DNA of 64,000 nucleotides from Haliotis rubra. Taxonomy: Eukaryota. The notes beneath the pieces are model-generated. The model was given only the letters and a program-made list of their open reading frames with translations. It was not told the origin of the DNA and did not search any database. Position numbers and translations under genes: made by a program. This document shows positions 39,608 through 54,230 of the stretch, in pieces; positions within the stretch are counted from its first letter, which is position 1; each line of letters starts with the position of its first letter. The stretch spans positions 1-64,000 of the forward strand of contig NW_025765033.1 in assembly GCF_003918875.1 (NCBI RefSeq). The letters run 5' to 3'.

Positions 39608-40075
39608 TGGGCGCGGTGGGCGAGCTGGCTAAGGCGCCAGGTTAGTGATCCAGCGAGCTTGAGGTGTCGGGATCGAGCCCACCTGTGACCGGGTGTAAAA
39701 AAAAACCTTGGAGTCAATTTTGTGTGTAGACTCATTTAGTGTTGTCACAACCTCTAGTGTACAGTACACAACCCTGTGCACTTAAAAGAACCCACGAATC
39801 CGTTGGTATATTTGCGAGTACAGCAGTGAACTTGGACAAAGTACTGTGACTATGTATCCCAGTCCACCCAGCTGTGGGGTACCTCGTTAAGATGAGAAAA
39901 CCACAATAACTCGGTGCGCCTAGTGGCTGCAAGAGTTGTATACTCCTCAGGGAGTTGAGATTGATAATAGGATGTGCCATTGAGATTGACGTCCAATGAT
40001 CGAGGGAAAAAATATCAGCGCCTTGAGCACGCACTAGTTGCCTGGATATGTGCGCTATATAAAAATCCTATGATG
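39608..40075 (+). mobile_element. Long composite tRNA-headed SINE, family C
   Basis: A/B-box-like head, central gtgcacttaaaagaacccacg and cccagtccacccagctgt blocks, L2-like tail. A second copy lies antisense at ~58280-58727. Confidence 0.8.
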
Positions 40076-40846
40076 ATCGGACCGGGATTCGAACCCACGA
40101 ATATTAATAAGCGCTGCAGCCTATTCAGGTCAGAACTAGGTCAAGCCACTTTCCTATCATTTTGCAACGTCACGGAGACACTGTCAGTTTCCCTATTGCG
40201 TCTAACAAATTTCATGCATTTCAGAGTTTATACATAACTAACATCATTCAAAAACCCATTAAGAATTTGTAGAACAAGTAAACCTATTATGACGTGTTAT
40301 GAATAAGCGTTAAAATATAGAAATTCATGCTTCAAATTTAATTACCCATAAGCAACCTTGGACGTTTCAGAAATCTATTACAAAAGCAAATATTCAAATC
40401 GGAATATAAAAGCATAAGAAATCAGACAGCGCAATGAGTCGAAACTCTTAAATCATCACATGAAATTGGAATAATATGGGAATATATTCAAAGGTAGGTT
40501 GATACAAGTTATGAGAATCAGTTTCAGCTGCCAAATTTTCGAGCACAATAGAAAAACCTGTTATCTCAGCTTTCATCTTCATTGACGTAGACGTTTTAAT
40601 CCTGTGTGGCTTCTTAAGACTGTGCCAGACCTCGCCTTCTTAGCTTACCGCTGCGTTGATGCCGATGGCGCCAGCATCGTATTGCGTCGTATCGAGGACC
40701 AAAGGTTATTTGGCGCCATGGGTTCTCTGTTTGATGTTTATTCAATGAAGGATCGATCGCAGAATATGCACATAAAGAACATTGAATGAACTTTGAACTC
40801 GGTGCTAGCGGTGACTAGTGGAAATCCTCCCACTACGTACGATATT

Positions 40847-41093
40847 GAGTGAGTGAGTGAGTTTAGTTTAACGCCTCACTCAGCAATATTCCAGCTATAT
40901 GGGGGCGGTCTGTAAATAATCGAGTCTGGATCAGACTCTCCAGTCATCAACAGTATGAGCATCGATCTACGCAATTGGGATACGATGACATGTGTCAACC
41001 AAGTCAGCGAGTCTGACCACCCGATCCCGTTAGTCGCCTCTTACGACAAGCATGGGTTGCTGAAGATCAATTCTAACCGGTATCTTCACCGGT
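40847..41093 (-). mobile_element. SINE family B
   Basis: Full-length antisense copy with a (TCAC)n tail. Confidence 0.9.
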
Positions 41094-41151
41094 CAGTACG
41101 ATAATAGTGAAAACAATAGCGTCAGACGCACTTGTTGCTCCTTTGTGTAGA

Positions 41152-42560
41152 TGGGCGCTGGGCTAGCATAGTGGTTAATGGGCCGAAACCCGGGTTCGAT
41201 TCCCCACATGGGTACAATGAGTGAAACCCATTTCAGGTGTCCTCACCCACGATATTGCTGGAATATTGCTGACATCGGCGTAACACTAAACTCACTCACT
41301 CCATGGTGCAGAACATTGTAATGACGCCAATTTGTTTCAACTCCACTTTGAACAGTACTTTGAATATCACGGCGTATCACCATGATGCGAATGAGTGAGT
41401 GAGTTAGTTTAGTTTTACGCCGCTTTTAGCAATATTCCAGCAATCACGGCAGGGGATACCAGAAATGGGCTTCACACATTGTACCCATGTGAGGAGTCGA
41501 ACCCGGGCCTTCGGCGTGACGAGCGAACGCTTTAACCACAAGGCTACCCCACCGCCCACTTGATGTGAGAGCAGAGCCAGAACGCAACGAAGAAACATAA
41601 TAATGATGGGTCTGGAATCCGAACCCAGGAACATAGGTTCTGGCTCTCCAAAGGTACGCAATTCTGCTCAGCTTAACCATGCCCTTGTCTTTAGGAAACT
41701 CTTTCTCTACAATTACAAAAAAATGTTTTCCCAGTGGCTCTTGTACGGTTCCATTCCAAACGTTTGAAAAACGGTTTCTTCCTGATGTAACTATATATCA
41801 ACGACTAAATGACGCAAAAGTAGTTCCGTGAAAGTGAACGAAATACAAAAAATATGCATGCCCATATCCGCAGAAATATCGGGATATTTATCAATTACTG
41901 ACCATTCATTGTTCGCGGAAACCAGAAACTAACCTTCGCAAACTGCGTCTAAATAGGGTGTTTCATGTTAAACTGAGTTATTGCAGTGAGCTGGCAATTA
42001 GTCCCGACTAGAATGAGTGAGTGAGTTGGGTTTTACGCCTCTCTTGGCAATATTCCAGCAATATCATGGCGGGGGAGCACCAGAAATGGTCTTCACACAT
42101 TGTACCCATGTGGGGAATAGAACCCGGGCCTTCGGCGTGACAAGCGAACGCTTTAACCACTAGGCTATCCTACCGTCCCCAGTCCCGACTAGAACAAGCA
42201 GTCACATTAACGCATGTACATTCATGCACGATGCTATATAAATACAAGACTCATGACAGGACGTAACACCATATTCCACCTCTTTATTGAAGGGGGCGAT
42301 GGGGTAGCCTAATGGTTAAACGTCACGCCGAAGACGAACCATGGGCACAATTGAAGCCCATTTCTGGTGTCCCCCGCCGTGATGTTGCTGGAATATTGCT
42401 AAAAGCGGCGTAAAACCAAACTCAGTCAGTCAGTCTTTATTGAAGAGCACAGTGGGGGACACCAGAAATGGTCTTCACACATTGTAACTATGTGGGGAAT
42501 CGAACCCGGGTCTTCGGGGTGAGCGTACGCTTTAACTTCTAGCCTACCTCAGCTACCCCC
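41152..42560. mobile_element. Cluster of five SINE family A copies (41152-41301 +, 41391-41557 -, 42014-42180 -, 42293-42433 +, 42452-42560 -)
   Basis: Consensus matches; TSDs agtcccgactagaa (42014 copy) and tctttattgaag (42293 copy). Confidence 0.88.
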
Positions 42561-43464
42561 TTCTACCACGAGCCTCGGTGGACAATCACACAGCTAGTCT
42601 GTTAAAATGTTATCCATGATCCCATCTGTTCCTGAAAAGGCTAAAAGAGTTTATTCACAGATTTTACTCATGCATTTCAACTGTCATGTTGAAAATGTCT
42701 TGCAAGGCTAATATACACTGACGCAGTGAATTCTTGACCTTGACATTCTGCTCTAAACCTTGTCAGATTTAATTGTTGGAACTTTACATGCAGAGACAAT
42801 ACAACGATTTAACATTTCGAGCAGATGTTTCCATGCACAACTCCTAAACCAACAGAAGAAATACATTGTATGTTGCTAAATATCAGCCTTTGTGTTGTAT
42901 TTAGGCGCTATTTATCTCAAAGGTGTCGACTTGCTGCTTTAAAACGCTTTTTTAACGGTAACACGTCAGATTGGCGTTGATTTTAACACTTTATCAAACT
43001 TAAAATCCGGAAGGAAGGCTATAAATTGTTTCCACAAACCCATCTCAGTTTTAGCAAAGGGGCGAAGAAGCCAACAATCGGCTTCGAAAAACGAAAATAA
43101 AACGCCGTACTTACATGTAATGAAAAAATCTCCTTCACAATAGCAAGTCAAACGTGACCATGGCAATAAAATGTCTTTGATCAACGTCAAACATTCAGTG
43201 CTGCTGAATTATTATGAAATGCGTGAAGTATGAAAATAAGGAAAAATTGGATAGATATAGAAAAAAAAAAATGTTGAACGGTGGCAACGAGAAAGTGGAT
43301 CTATTTTCATAAACTGTAGAAAACAATTGAAACAGTGGCACTTAAGATAAGAATTAATGTATAGAGTCTTGTTAAATGATATTTCTTGCACTAAAGTCAT
43401 AGCTAGAGAAGAAAACAGTGAAATAAACTGGATTTAACTTAGACATCAAGAATACATCATCTAC

Positions 43465-43466
<2 letters not shown>

Positions 43467-43524
<58 letters not shown>
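43467..43524. repeat. (AG)n microsatellite
   Basis: Visible run. Confidence 0.97.
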
Positions 43525-43528
<4 letters not shown>

Positions 43529-43807
43529 AGACTGTATTTCCGGTGACATGCGATTAGAAATTATTACAGACTAACCAACCACGTTCCACATGAACCTGAA
43601 AGTAGTACCAAAGGCAGTAACATATAGTAAAGCAACAATGGATTAATCTTAAGACAATAGCATATGGTAAACATTTTATCAAAGTAGAAGATAGTAAATG
43701 GATGATGAGTTTATTAGACAGCCACCGAATGATTCGTGACTGTCTGTCGTCCGTATTTTATACTTATTCTAGCTATCACAGGCAATCGCCTTTGCTGATT
43801 TAACTGT

Positions 43808-43935
43808 GTCGGTGGGATAGCCTAGTGGTTAAAGCGTTCGCTCGTCACGCCGAAGACACGGGTTCGATTCCCCACATGAGTACAATGTGTGAAGCCCTTT
43901 CTGGTGTCCCCCGCCGTGATATTGCTGGAATATTT
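43808..43935 (+). mobile_element. SINE family A, 3'-truncated
   Basis: A/B boxes and body match the consensus. Confidence 0.88.
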
Positions 43936-44205
43936 GACCGAAACATTGATGACCAATGTGTTGAACAGCCAGATGCGAGTTGGAAAAGTATATAAACATA
44001 CAATAAGATAAACGGATTGCACCTTGGATCATGTCCGATGCTGATTATCCATGTGCCCCTTGGCAGGTGTAAAATAGTGCAATGTGGTCAGTTAGTCATT
44101 ATTAATATTTCCAATTTCCAATCGCATATATCGGAAAAAACACTTCTGAAACTTTGTTCATTTTTCCCATGTTATTAAATCCATAGAGACGTGCATAACT
44201 CTGTG

Positions 44206-44241
<36 letters not shown>

Positions 44242-44436
44242 TGTGTGTGTCACATTGTACTAGACTAAAGCAGTTTTGTGCTATGAAATGCATGGACACA
44301 TCGCTCATATATATTGTAACAAATATTCATGTCTAATCTTGGCTTCAAGCACAGAGATAATCAAGCTCTCAGCCATCAAAGTGATTCCAGCCAAGATACC
44401 AGCCTCATGCTGCATTTTATTAAGGTGACATACCTT

Positions 44437-45213
44437 TGTGACGTCTGCTTCCAAGCTACAGTATCAAGTATAACAGTAAATTCCAGCACATGTAACGTCA
44501 GTCATGTTTACAGTCGCCATCTTGGATTTATGACGTCACGTTTGCGTATCATGTGACCTTAGGTTACCTATAAATAGAGCTGTCAAGGTTAGCGTCGGGG
44601 CGGCAATTTTGACTTTGACAAGCAAGGTAGGGTTCCAGGGTTACGTCACAGCTTAATTTTCATTTTCACTTTATAAGACATTTTTATTGTATAACTGTAA
44701 TTAACAATGCTATTATCAACACTTGGTCCACTCTCTAAGTATCTAGTTGTGGTTTGGTGATTTTAAGGGGGTTATTTTCAATTTTGTTGACATCCGGATT
44801 TCGTCTGACAGTTCCGAGAATCCGACAGTCGATCCGCGGATTCATTCCGACGGAATATCCCAGGATCGTATGATTCAAATGTACAGAGTACAGATACAGT
44901 TATCAATCACAAGTCGCAGTTCACAGTTACAGTTACAATCACAATTACAGTTCACAGATTATTCAATGCTTTGACAGTCGCTGATTGCATTCGCGATCCG
45001 GGGGTTCCAAGGTCATTCCGACCTGCTATGTATACTTTATCAAGTTACAGTCTCTGCTAAGGGTTTCTTCCACGGGGATTAGTGGAATCTTTTAAAGCCG
45101 AGATATACGTACTTCACTGCAAGTTATAATTAGGATTTGATTTCATTATTACTTGTATCACATTTTTGACAGCTGTCGGAGGTGTGGCCTCCATGGTATT
45201 CATTCCGGGTCAC
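44437..45213 (+). mobile_element. Possible solo LTR
   Basis: Begins TGTGAC, ends GTCAC, internal CTATAAATAG; no TSD seen. Confidence 0.3.
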
Positions 45214-45361
45214 GTGGTTAAAGCGTACATTCGTCACGCCAAAGACCCGGGTTCGAATCACCACATGGATACATTATGTGAAGCCCATTTCTGGTGTCCC
45301 CACCGTGATATTGCTGTAATATTGTTAAAAGCGGTGCAAAACTAAACTAAACTCACTCACT
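45214..45361 (+). mobile_element. SINE family A, 5'-truncated
   Basis: gtggttaaagcg...gggttcgaatc...actcactcac. Confidence 0.88.
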
Positions 45362-47306
45362 CCCTTTGAGGTGGATATTAGGCGCTCAACAAAGCAATGG
45401 CATTTTAGAAATGGAAAAATTATTTTGCTGTACAGAGTAAAAGATAGGACAAAGATAGTCTCCCTGCAGCACCTAACTTCTCAACTTTGGGATAACACCC
45501 CATTTGTCAACCAACGTACCGACACCTTTACTGTCACAAATGACATTTGTTTTCTTAATCCCAAAGGATTCTTTATCTTTTTCCAAAACACGGAGCGGAT
45601 GGGTATATTGGGTTGGATTAAAAGTTGAAACAGACTTGAATCTGACATCTATCCAACACATGAAACCCACGCACGTTGTGCAACGTTCCCGCAGTATTGC
45701 CGTTAGGTGGACATTTATTTGTACCAAGTCTTGGCCAAATGTAGGAGACATGTTCACGGCTTACTGCACTAATGACAACAGCTCGCCAACGTTCCATGGC
45801 ATTGAACATGCCAACTCCTAACAAAGAGCTTTCTAGGTCTATTTTTTTCACCTCCTTTGGAAACGTTCCTTGCGTTCATTACATACACCTTAGTCCCAGC
45901 TTCGTGACGACCCAGCATTTCCTCTTGTTTTGTTGTAGATTTTAATACGTGAAATTCCCTGTTGACTTATGAAATCTGCTTCACGCATACAATATAAAGG
46001 CTCGAGTCTCAAATAGTTTTTAGCTTGGAACAGTGAGGCCTGCAAATGAAAATCAAGGTCTTCCTAATCAAACATTAGATGTGACAGGAAAACAGTGCAT
46101 GAGGCCCAAGTATACCCAACTAACATGGAGCGTTGGGCAAATAAACAACCTGTGCCAACATCGCCTTGACATCGTATGCTTTGGATAAAGTGTTCATATA
46201 AGATCCGCAAATATTAATGTCCGTTTTATTGACTCAATTATCCTGCTTGTTTGACAAAATTCAAGAATGTTTAAAACTGACATAATGTTTTCCTAAGGAA
46301 TAACCTTATGTCCACAGGAAAATATTATACTAAGGCCCTTTTTTGACAATTATCTTCACTATTATTTGTGTAAATTTGAACATGAAACGTTCAGCAGAAG
46401 CTAGAGTTAGTTATGTTGGAAGTGATGAGATCAAACGTAGTAAAGCAAATTTTTCTCGGACAATTTAATACCACAAACTCGTAATATTCATATCGATGCG
46501 TCATGGATAAATTCAAATATTTCCATTGTGTTTAATCAAATATACGGAAAGGTTTATAAGACAGATAGGTACATTGCAATTGTTCAGAGAATTTAGACAA
46601 TTAGACGTGTTCACTGGTGTTCACTGGTTTTATGTCCACTGACTTGGATTTGTAGCGTTGAAATCTCCTATCGTTTGTATTTTGGATTACAAAATCTTGC
46701 GTAATCCTGCATGGGTTTTTGGTTGTTGTTTTTCAGAAATAGGAAACAACACACCAAAAGCTATCTGAATTTGCTAGTGCTGCCATAAGTGTTGTCAAAT
46801 GGATTGTTGAGTTCAGAATAAATACGCATGATATTGAAAAACCAAAACATAAAATGTTACAAACTGTTTTATCTTCATAATTTTCTTTTGGCGCATTCAG
46901 CATGTTCCGACGACATCGTTCCAAAAGGGGATACAGACCCAGTTAACTGGTACATAAAAAAGTTATTCTAAAAAGTTTAGTTAACGATTAAACTGTTCGA
47001 AAAAATTGTTTTGTATTTTATGAATGTATATATTTTACAAACTGTTTTGTTATATTCATCACTTCCTTTTTAGTGCATTAAACGTGATCAGACAACATCG
47101 TTCCGAATGTAGATCCAGGTAACTGGTACAATATAAGCTTTTCTAAAACATTTAGATAACGATTAAACTGTTCGAAAATTTTTTAATGTATTTTTGCATT
47201 TTTATTTTTACATGTTTGAAATAGAAATTACAAATCCTTTTTGACTTTGAAAATTTGGAAAATGGAATGAAAATAATTACGATCTTCAGGTATCAATGTG
47301 AAGATT

Positions 47307-47515
47307 GTTTGCCGTGTTCAGCAATATTCCAGCTAACTGGCGGCTGTCTGTAAATAATCGAGTCCGGACCAGACAATTCAGTGATCAACATATTGAGCAT
47401 CGACATACGCAGTTGGGATACGATGACATGTGTCAACCGAGTCAGCGAGCCTGACCACCCGATCCCGTTATTCGCCTCTAACGACAAACATGGGTTGTTG
47501 AAAACCAGTTCTTCA
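47307..47515 (-). mobile_element. SINE family B
   Basis: Antisense match to the consensus. Confidence 0.85.
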
Positions 47516-47764
47516 TGGGTGTCAAACATGTAAAGAAGAATGCATTACTCAGTGTATCTAAGGTTTGATATGTATTCGGCTTGAATTAAACAATACACAT
47601 TGTTTACAAGACGAAAACGAACGACAGCGTCTTGTGTGTTTTATCAAAGGTTTGCTTTATACTTAAATTAAATTATACAATATGCATTGTTCAAATAACA
47701 TATGTCAGCAAAAATACATTACTGTTTTTGTACTCATCGCTCAAACTCATGTTAACAAGATATA

Positions 47765-48661
47765 CACTAAACGCCAAAAGAAACGTTACCCTCCTTCCTT
47801 AATGACGGAGGTACCTATCTTCAGCTGGCGATGTGATGCGTGGACGTCCGCTTCTTGGTCTGTCTACGGTGACTCCAGTCTGTCTTACGCCCTTAATAAG
47901 TCTTAGAACCGTGCTACGGTGGCATCCGAGGGCGTTGGCAACAGCATTGCATGTCGACCCCATCTGCACCATCGCAATGGCTTTTTCTCTCTCTTCAGCT
48001 GTTAATCGTGGCATATTTCTCGTACTTGTGTATCATAACATCTTTTCTAGACTCTCTTCATACCCTATAGAATCATTCTACATGTGAAATGGATGCAAAT
48101 ACTGCTTGAATATTGCTGCGTTTTGGCGATTGATATTGCTATGTGTAAACAGAAAATGGAAAAAATGTTACTTTGCCAGCAACAATGTTAACGAAGATCA
48201 TTGTAGAAGTTCCTGAACATTGTTTCACAATATCACGACATGTTTTACTTGTTTTCAATAATGCAAATCAGCAGAATGTGTTTTAAAAGAATAAAATCAT
48301 AGGAATGATTATTTTACAATTGTACACACTCTACAACAGTTGTTTTCCTGTTTTAATAGTTAAAAATGGAGATTTTAATGGTTTATCTTTGTCCCAAAGC
48401 AGAATTTTATTTCAACCTTTCTTTTGGATATCTAAATTACTGTTAATGGTTTATTTCGGCATGGACGAAAATAGGACAATTTAATTCTTCTGAAAAGATG
48501 CATTTCACCTAAATATGAATGCATTTGAGAATTTATTTTCGTGATTTGCTTAACGCTGTGTTGTTAAGCTTTCTTGTAAACTAATACCTTCTACCATATC
48601 TTTGATAGTTTTTAAGTAATTCATAAAGGTAGGAGGGTAACGTTTCTTTTGGCGTCTAGTG
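47765..48661 (-). mobile_element. Tc1/mariner internal-deletion derivative (897 bp)
   Basis: ~36-bp TIRs cacta(a/g)acgccaaaagaaacgttaccctcct(t/a)cctt, with TA on both flanks. Confidence 0.93.
47799..48014 (-). CDS. Truncated Tc1-type transposase: N-terminal HTH and GRPR motif only (71 aa)
   Basis: MPRLT..ERE.AI.M...G.....VA..LGCHRSTV.RL...RQTG...DRPRSGRPRITS..EDRYL. Confidence 0.85.
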   Translation of the reverse strand: MPRLTAEEREKAIAMVQMGSTCNAVANALGCHRSTVLRLIKGVRQTGVTVDRPRSGRPRITSPAEDRYLRH

Positions 48662-51039
48662 TATTGCTTTTCCAAAGTGTCTGGTTTATACTAAGACTGA
48701 ATGAAAAACATTACAGCGTTCATAAAGCATAATTATGTTAACAAGAATGCATTTCGTTTCACCAAAGGTTTGGTTTATAATACAATTAAAAGAAACAATA
48801 AACATGGTTCAGAAACATTGCATGGTTTATCAAAGTTTTATAAAAATACCATTTCCATAGATTTGTAACATCGTAAATACGGAAATGGTTTGTGTTAATA
48901 AATTAATGGAGTCTCGAGTGTTCATAGTTGAACAGAAAACACAATACGTTAATGCCAAGGAATAACAAATATCGATTGTCCACTGAAACTGATCCATTAG
49001 CGGTAAGAAGCAAAATATGAAAATTGTAGCAATGGATCCGTTTATATCAGTGATGACACCAGGTGTTCACGACACGGGTAAGCACGTCCTTCTTACTGAT
49101 GTTCACACTCACACAGTTTGCATGAATAAATGTAGAACAGAAACATACTCATATACGCCTTATGTTTAATGTAAATTTAAATTAAGTTCATGCTGCTGAA
49201 ATATTACAAAAGTAAATATTGATTAGAAATATAAATGCATGGTGTCATGTCCATATGTACACTTGGATTCAGTTTATGTAGCTGAAAATTCCTTTAGAAA
49301 ATATTGCAAGAAAAATATATGCAATCGTTTAGTTTTAGATATTTGTTCTTAAATCAATGTTTGAAACATCGGACCCTTACTTTTAATACTAACAGTTAGC
49401 CTCATGTTGGGTATAAAGGGAACTAATCCATATTGTACAACAAGTTATTGTTCACATTGTGGAATGTTTTAAAAACGATTTCTGATTGACGTATTTTGAA
49501 GTATTAATTTGGTTTTCCAAATGTTAAAATCTTATCTTCATACATGACAAGGCAGAGACTGCTTCTACTGTTAAATTGAGAGTCTAAGTAATTCCCGTAG
49601 GTACAGACATGTGGGTATTGAAAACACTTGTTCAAATGTTGGCTCGGAAAAAAAGGGACTCTTCAGAAAAGATACTTTTCCCCTGAAAGTCGACCGCAAA
49701 TAAGGAATACAATTAGAGCAAAGATGTAAATGACTTGGATTTGGAAAGCGTCCAGTTTAACAAGAATCACAAAATCAATTTGCATAGCAGCGACCTCAGA
49801 ATGTCTGGCAATGGCCATACGCCAACATCGTCCTTAACTAAATGTTTAGCGAAACCCAGATTTTCTTGATCAAATGTTGAAGGAAAATGGGTAATTTAGC
49901 CCTTTGTGTTCTTATTCTAAAGTTGAATATGTTCGCTTCTTCAAGAAATAATGTGTGTTTGTGCTATTGGTATATCAAATTACTTGTCATACTACAGCTT
50001 GATTTCTTCAACAATATCTCATCGTTATAGAAATATTTGATAATGTTTTAGAGAAATCAACTACTCCAATTTCAGTCAAAAACTGATAACAACAATTATT
50101 GATGTATTTTCTTAATCGGATTTTCTGAAGGCAGTTTAAAAACAAGAACAATATAATCTTAAAAAGCTTAACAAAATAAAAAATTTAATGCAACCATGGA
50201 GATATTTGAGTAATGTTTTTGAAATACCAGTTACTCTTTTCAGCACTCCAATCTCAGTAAAAAAATATGTAAACAATCACATTTGCTGTAATCCTTAATC
50301 GGATTTTCTTAAAATTGAAAAACAAGACCGTAAGAATGTGGAAATACGGGCACAATTCAGCCAGTTTATTAATACACAAATATTAATATTTGAACCGTCG
50401 AAACAATCTCGGTATTGTACTCTTTTCAACAAAACTTCTACTTTTTAACCTTGAAGCATGTTTAACAAGCTCCTCCTTAAACGGAGAAAGATGCGCGGCG
50501 TCAACTGGAGATCGAATGAATATTATATCTCAAGCCTTTTACAAATATCAAAACAAAAACACCCTCTTCGAATATTGAATGAGTGGCCATGACCTTCGAG
50601 GACCACTTCCAAGAGTATTTTCATCATATCGTGGAGCGCATTCCACGACAATATATACCGCACATGTTTGTGGCTAACATCTAAATACAAAGGTTTTATT
50701 CAGACATATTGAATGTTTTACCTGTCACCAATCACCATGGAGAGCTAATAAGTATAAATGTTGAAACCCCGTGAATGGGAAGGGTGTCTTTATATTTGAA
50801 AATTTTCGACATTATGAGAAATAATGGACAGTATAGTAAGTAAATATCGATATTATGATGATAAAAAATACATTCTATGGTAAGAAATTATCAACATTAT
50901 GATTTAACATTATTAGCACTATGGCCAGAAGATACTGGCAATGTGGCGAAAAACTAAAGACACTTAAAGAAATTGTTGACATTATGATGGGAAACTATGC
51001 AAACTATGATAAGAAATTATCGACATTATAACGGTAAAC

Positions 51040-54000
51040 AAGGGACACTATGGTCAGAGATTATGGACAATAAGATGGTAAACAATGGAGACTATAGTCA
51101 GAGATTATGGACAATAAGATGGTAAACAATGGAGACTATGGTCAGAGATTATGGACAATAAGATGGTAAACAATGGAGACTATGGTCAGAGATTATGGAC
51201 AATAAGATGGTAAACAATGGAGACTATGGTCAGAGATTATGGACAATAAGATGGTAAACAATGGAGACTATGGTCAGAGATTATGGACAATAAGATGGTA
51301 AACAATGGAGACTATAGTCAGAGATTATGGACAATAAGATGGTAAACAATGGAGACTATGGTCAGAGATTATGGACAATATGATGGTAAACAATGGAGAC
51401 TATGGTCAGAGATTATGGACAATATGATGGTAAACAATGGAGACTATGGTCAGAAATTATGGACAATAAGATGGTAAACAATGGAGACTATAGTCAGAAA
51501 TTATGGACAATATGATGGTAAACAATGGAGACTATGGTCAGAAATTATGGACAATAAGATGGTAAACAATGGAGACTATGGTCAGAGAATTATGGACAAT
51601 ATGAGGGTAAACAATGGAGACTATGGTCAGAGATTATGGACAATATGAGGGTAAACAATGGAGACTATGGTCAGAGATTATGGACAATATGATGGTAAAC
51701 AATGGAGACTATAGTCAGAGATTATCGACATTATGGTGGTAAACAATGGAGACTATGGTCAGAAATTATGGACAATATGAGGGTAAACAATGGAGACTAT
51801 GGTCAGAGATTATGGACAATATGATGGTAAACAATGGAGACTATGGTCAGAGATTATCGACAATATGATGGTAAACAATGGAGACTATGGTCAGAGATTA
51901 TGGACAATATGATGGTAAACAATGGAGACTAAGGTCAGAGATTATGGACAATATGATGGTAAACAATGGAGACTATGGTCAGAGATTATCGACATCAAGA
52001 TGGTAAACAATATGATGGTAAACAATGGAGACTATGGTCAGAAATTATGGACAATAAGATGGTAAACAATGGAGACTATAGTCAGAGATTATGGACAATA
52101 TGATGGTAAACAATGGAGACTATAGTCAGAGATTATCGACAATATGATGGTGGTAAACAATGGAGACTATAGTCAGAGATTATGGACAATATGGAGATGG
52201 TAAACAATGGAGACTATGGTCAGAGATTATGGACAATATGATGGTAAACAATGGAGACTATGGTCAGAAATTATGGACAATATGATGGTAAACAATGGAG
52301 ACTATGGTCAGAGATTATCGACAATCATGATGGTAAACAATGGAGACTATAGTCAGAGATTATCGACAATATGGTGGTAAACAATGGAGACTATGGTCAG
52401 AAATTATCGACAATATGATGGTAAACAATGGAGACTATAGTCAGAGATTATCGACAATATGATGGTAAACAATGGAGACTATGGTCAGAAATTATGGACA
52501 ATAAGATGGTAAACAATGGAGACTATAGTCAGAGATTATCGACATTATGGTGGTAAACAATGGAGACTATGGTCAGAAATTATGGACAATAAGATGGTAA
52601 ACAATGGAGACTATGGTCAGAAATTATGGACAATATGATGGTAAACAATGGAGACTATAGTCAGAGATTATGGACAATATGATGGTAAACAATGGAGACT
52701 ATGGTCAGAAATTATGGACAATAAGATGGTAAAACAATGGAGACTATGGTCAGAGATTATGGACAATATAATGGTAAACAATGGAGACTATAGTCAGAAA
52801 TTATGGACAATATGATGGTTAACAATGGAGACTATGGTCAGAAATTATGGACAATATGATGGTAAAGAATGTAGACTATAGTCAGAGATTATCGACATAA
52901 AGGTGGTAAACAATGGAGACTATGGTCAGAAATTATGGACAATAAGATGGTAAACAATGGAGGAGATTATGGTCAGAAATTATGGACAATATGATGGTCA
53001 AACAACAATAGACTAAACAATCAGACTATTATCAGAGATTATGGACAAATGATGGTAAACAATGGAGACTATGGTCAGATTAAATTATGGACAATAAGAT
53101 GGTCAGAACGACATTAATGGAGACTATGGTCAGAGATTATAGACATTATGGTGGTAAACAATGGAGACTATAGTCAGAAATTATGGACAATATGATGGTA
53201 AACAATGGAGACTATAGTCAGAGATTATCGACATTATGGTGGTAAACAATGGAGACTATAGTCAGAAATTATGGACAATATGATGGTAAACAATGGAGAC
53301 TATAGTCAGAGATTATAGACATTATGATGGTAAAACAATGGAGACTATGGTCAGAGAGTCAGACAATATATGGACAATATGGATTATGGACAACATGATG
53401 GTAAACAATGGAGACTATGGTCAGAAATTATGGACAATATGATGGTAAACAATGGAGACTATAGTCAGAAATTATGGACAATATGATGGTAAACAATGGA
53501 GACTATGGTCAGAAATTATGGACAATATGATGGTAAACAATGGAGACTATAGTCAGAGATTATCGACATAAAGGTGGTAAACAATGGAGACTATGGTCAG
53601 AAATTATGGACAATATGATGGTAAACAATGGAGACTATGGTCAGAAATTATGGACAAATTAAGATGGTAAACAATGGAGACTATAGTCAGAAATTATGGA
53701 CAATATGATGGTAAACAATGGAGACTAAGGTCAGAGATTATGGACAATATGATGGTAAACAATGGAGACTATAGTCAGAGATTATGGACAATATGATGGT
53801 AAACAATGGAGACTATAGTCAGAGATTATCGACATTATGATGGTAAACAATGGAGACTATAGTCAGAAATTATCGACATTATGGTGGTAAACAATGGAGA
53901 CGCTATGGTAGGAAATTATGGACAATATGATGGTAAACAATGGAGACTATGGTCAGAAATTATCCACATCAAGATGGTAAACAATGGAGACTATAGTCAG

Positions 54001-54230
54001 AGATTATGGACAATATGATGGTAAACAATGGAGACTATAGTCAGAGATTATCGACAATATGATGGTAAACAATGGAGACTATAGTCAGAAATTATGGACA
54101 ATATGAGGGTAAACAATGGAGACTATGGTCAGAAATTATGGACAATATGATGGTAAACAATGGAGACTATAGTCAGAGATTATCGACAATATGGAGGTAA
54201 ACAATGGAGACTATGGTCAGAAATTATCGA
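51040..54230. repeat. 44-bp minisatellite block 1 (dimer of 22-bp halves), ~70 copies
   Basis: Unit gatggtaaacaatggagactatggtcagagattatggacaata(a/t). Confidence 0.97.

Noticed and set aside
45470-46045. Coding-looking overlapping ORFs
   Set aside because: No recognisable motif and no consistent frame; a product cannot be supported.
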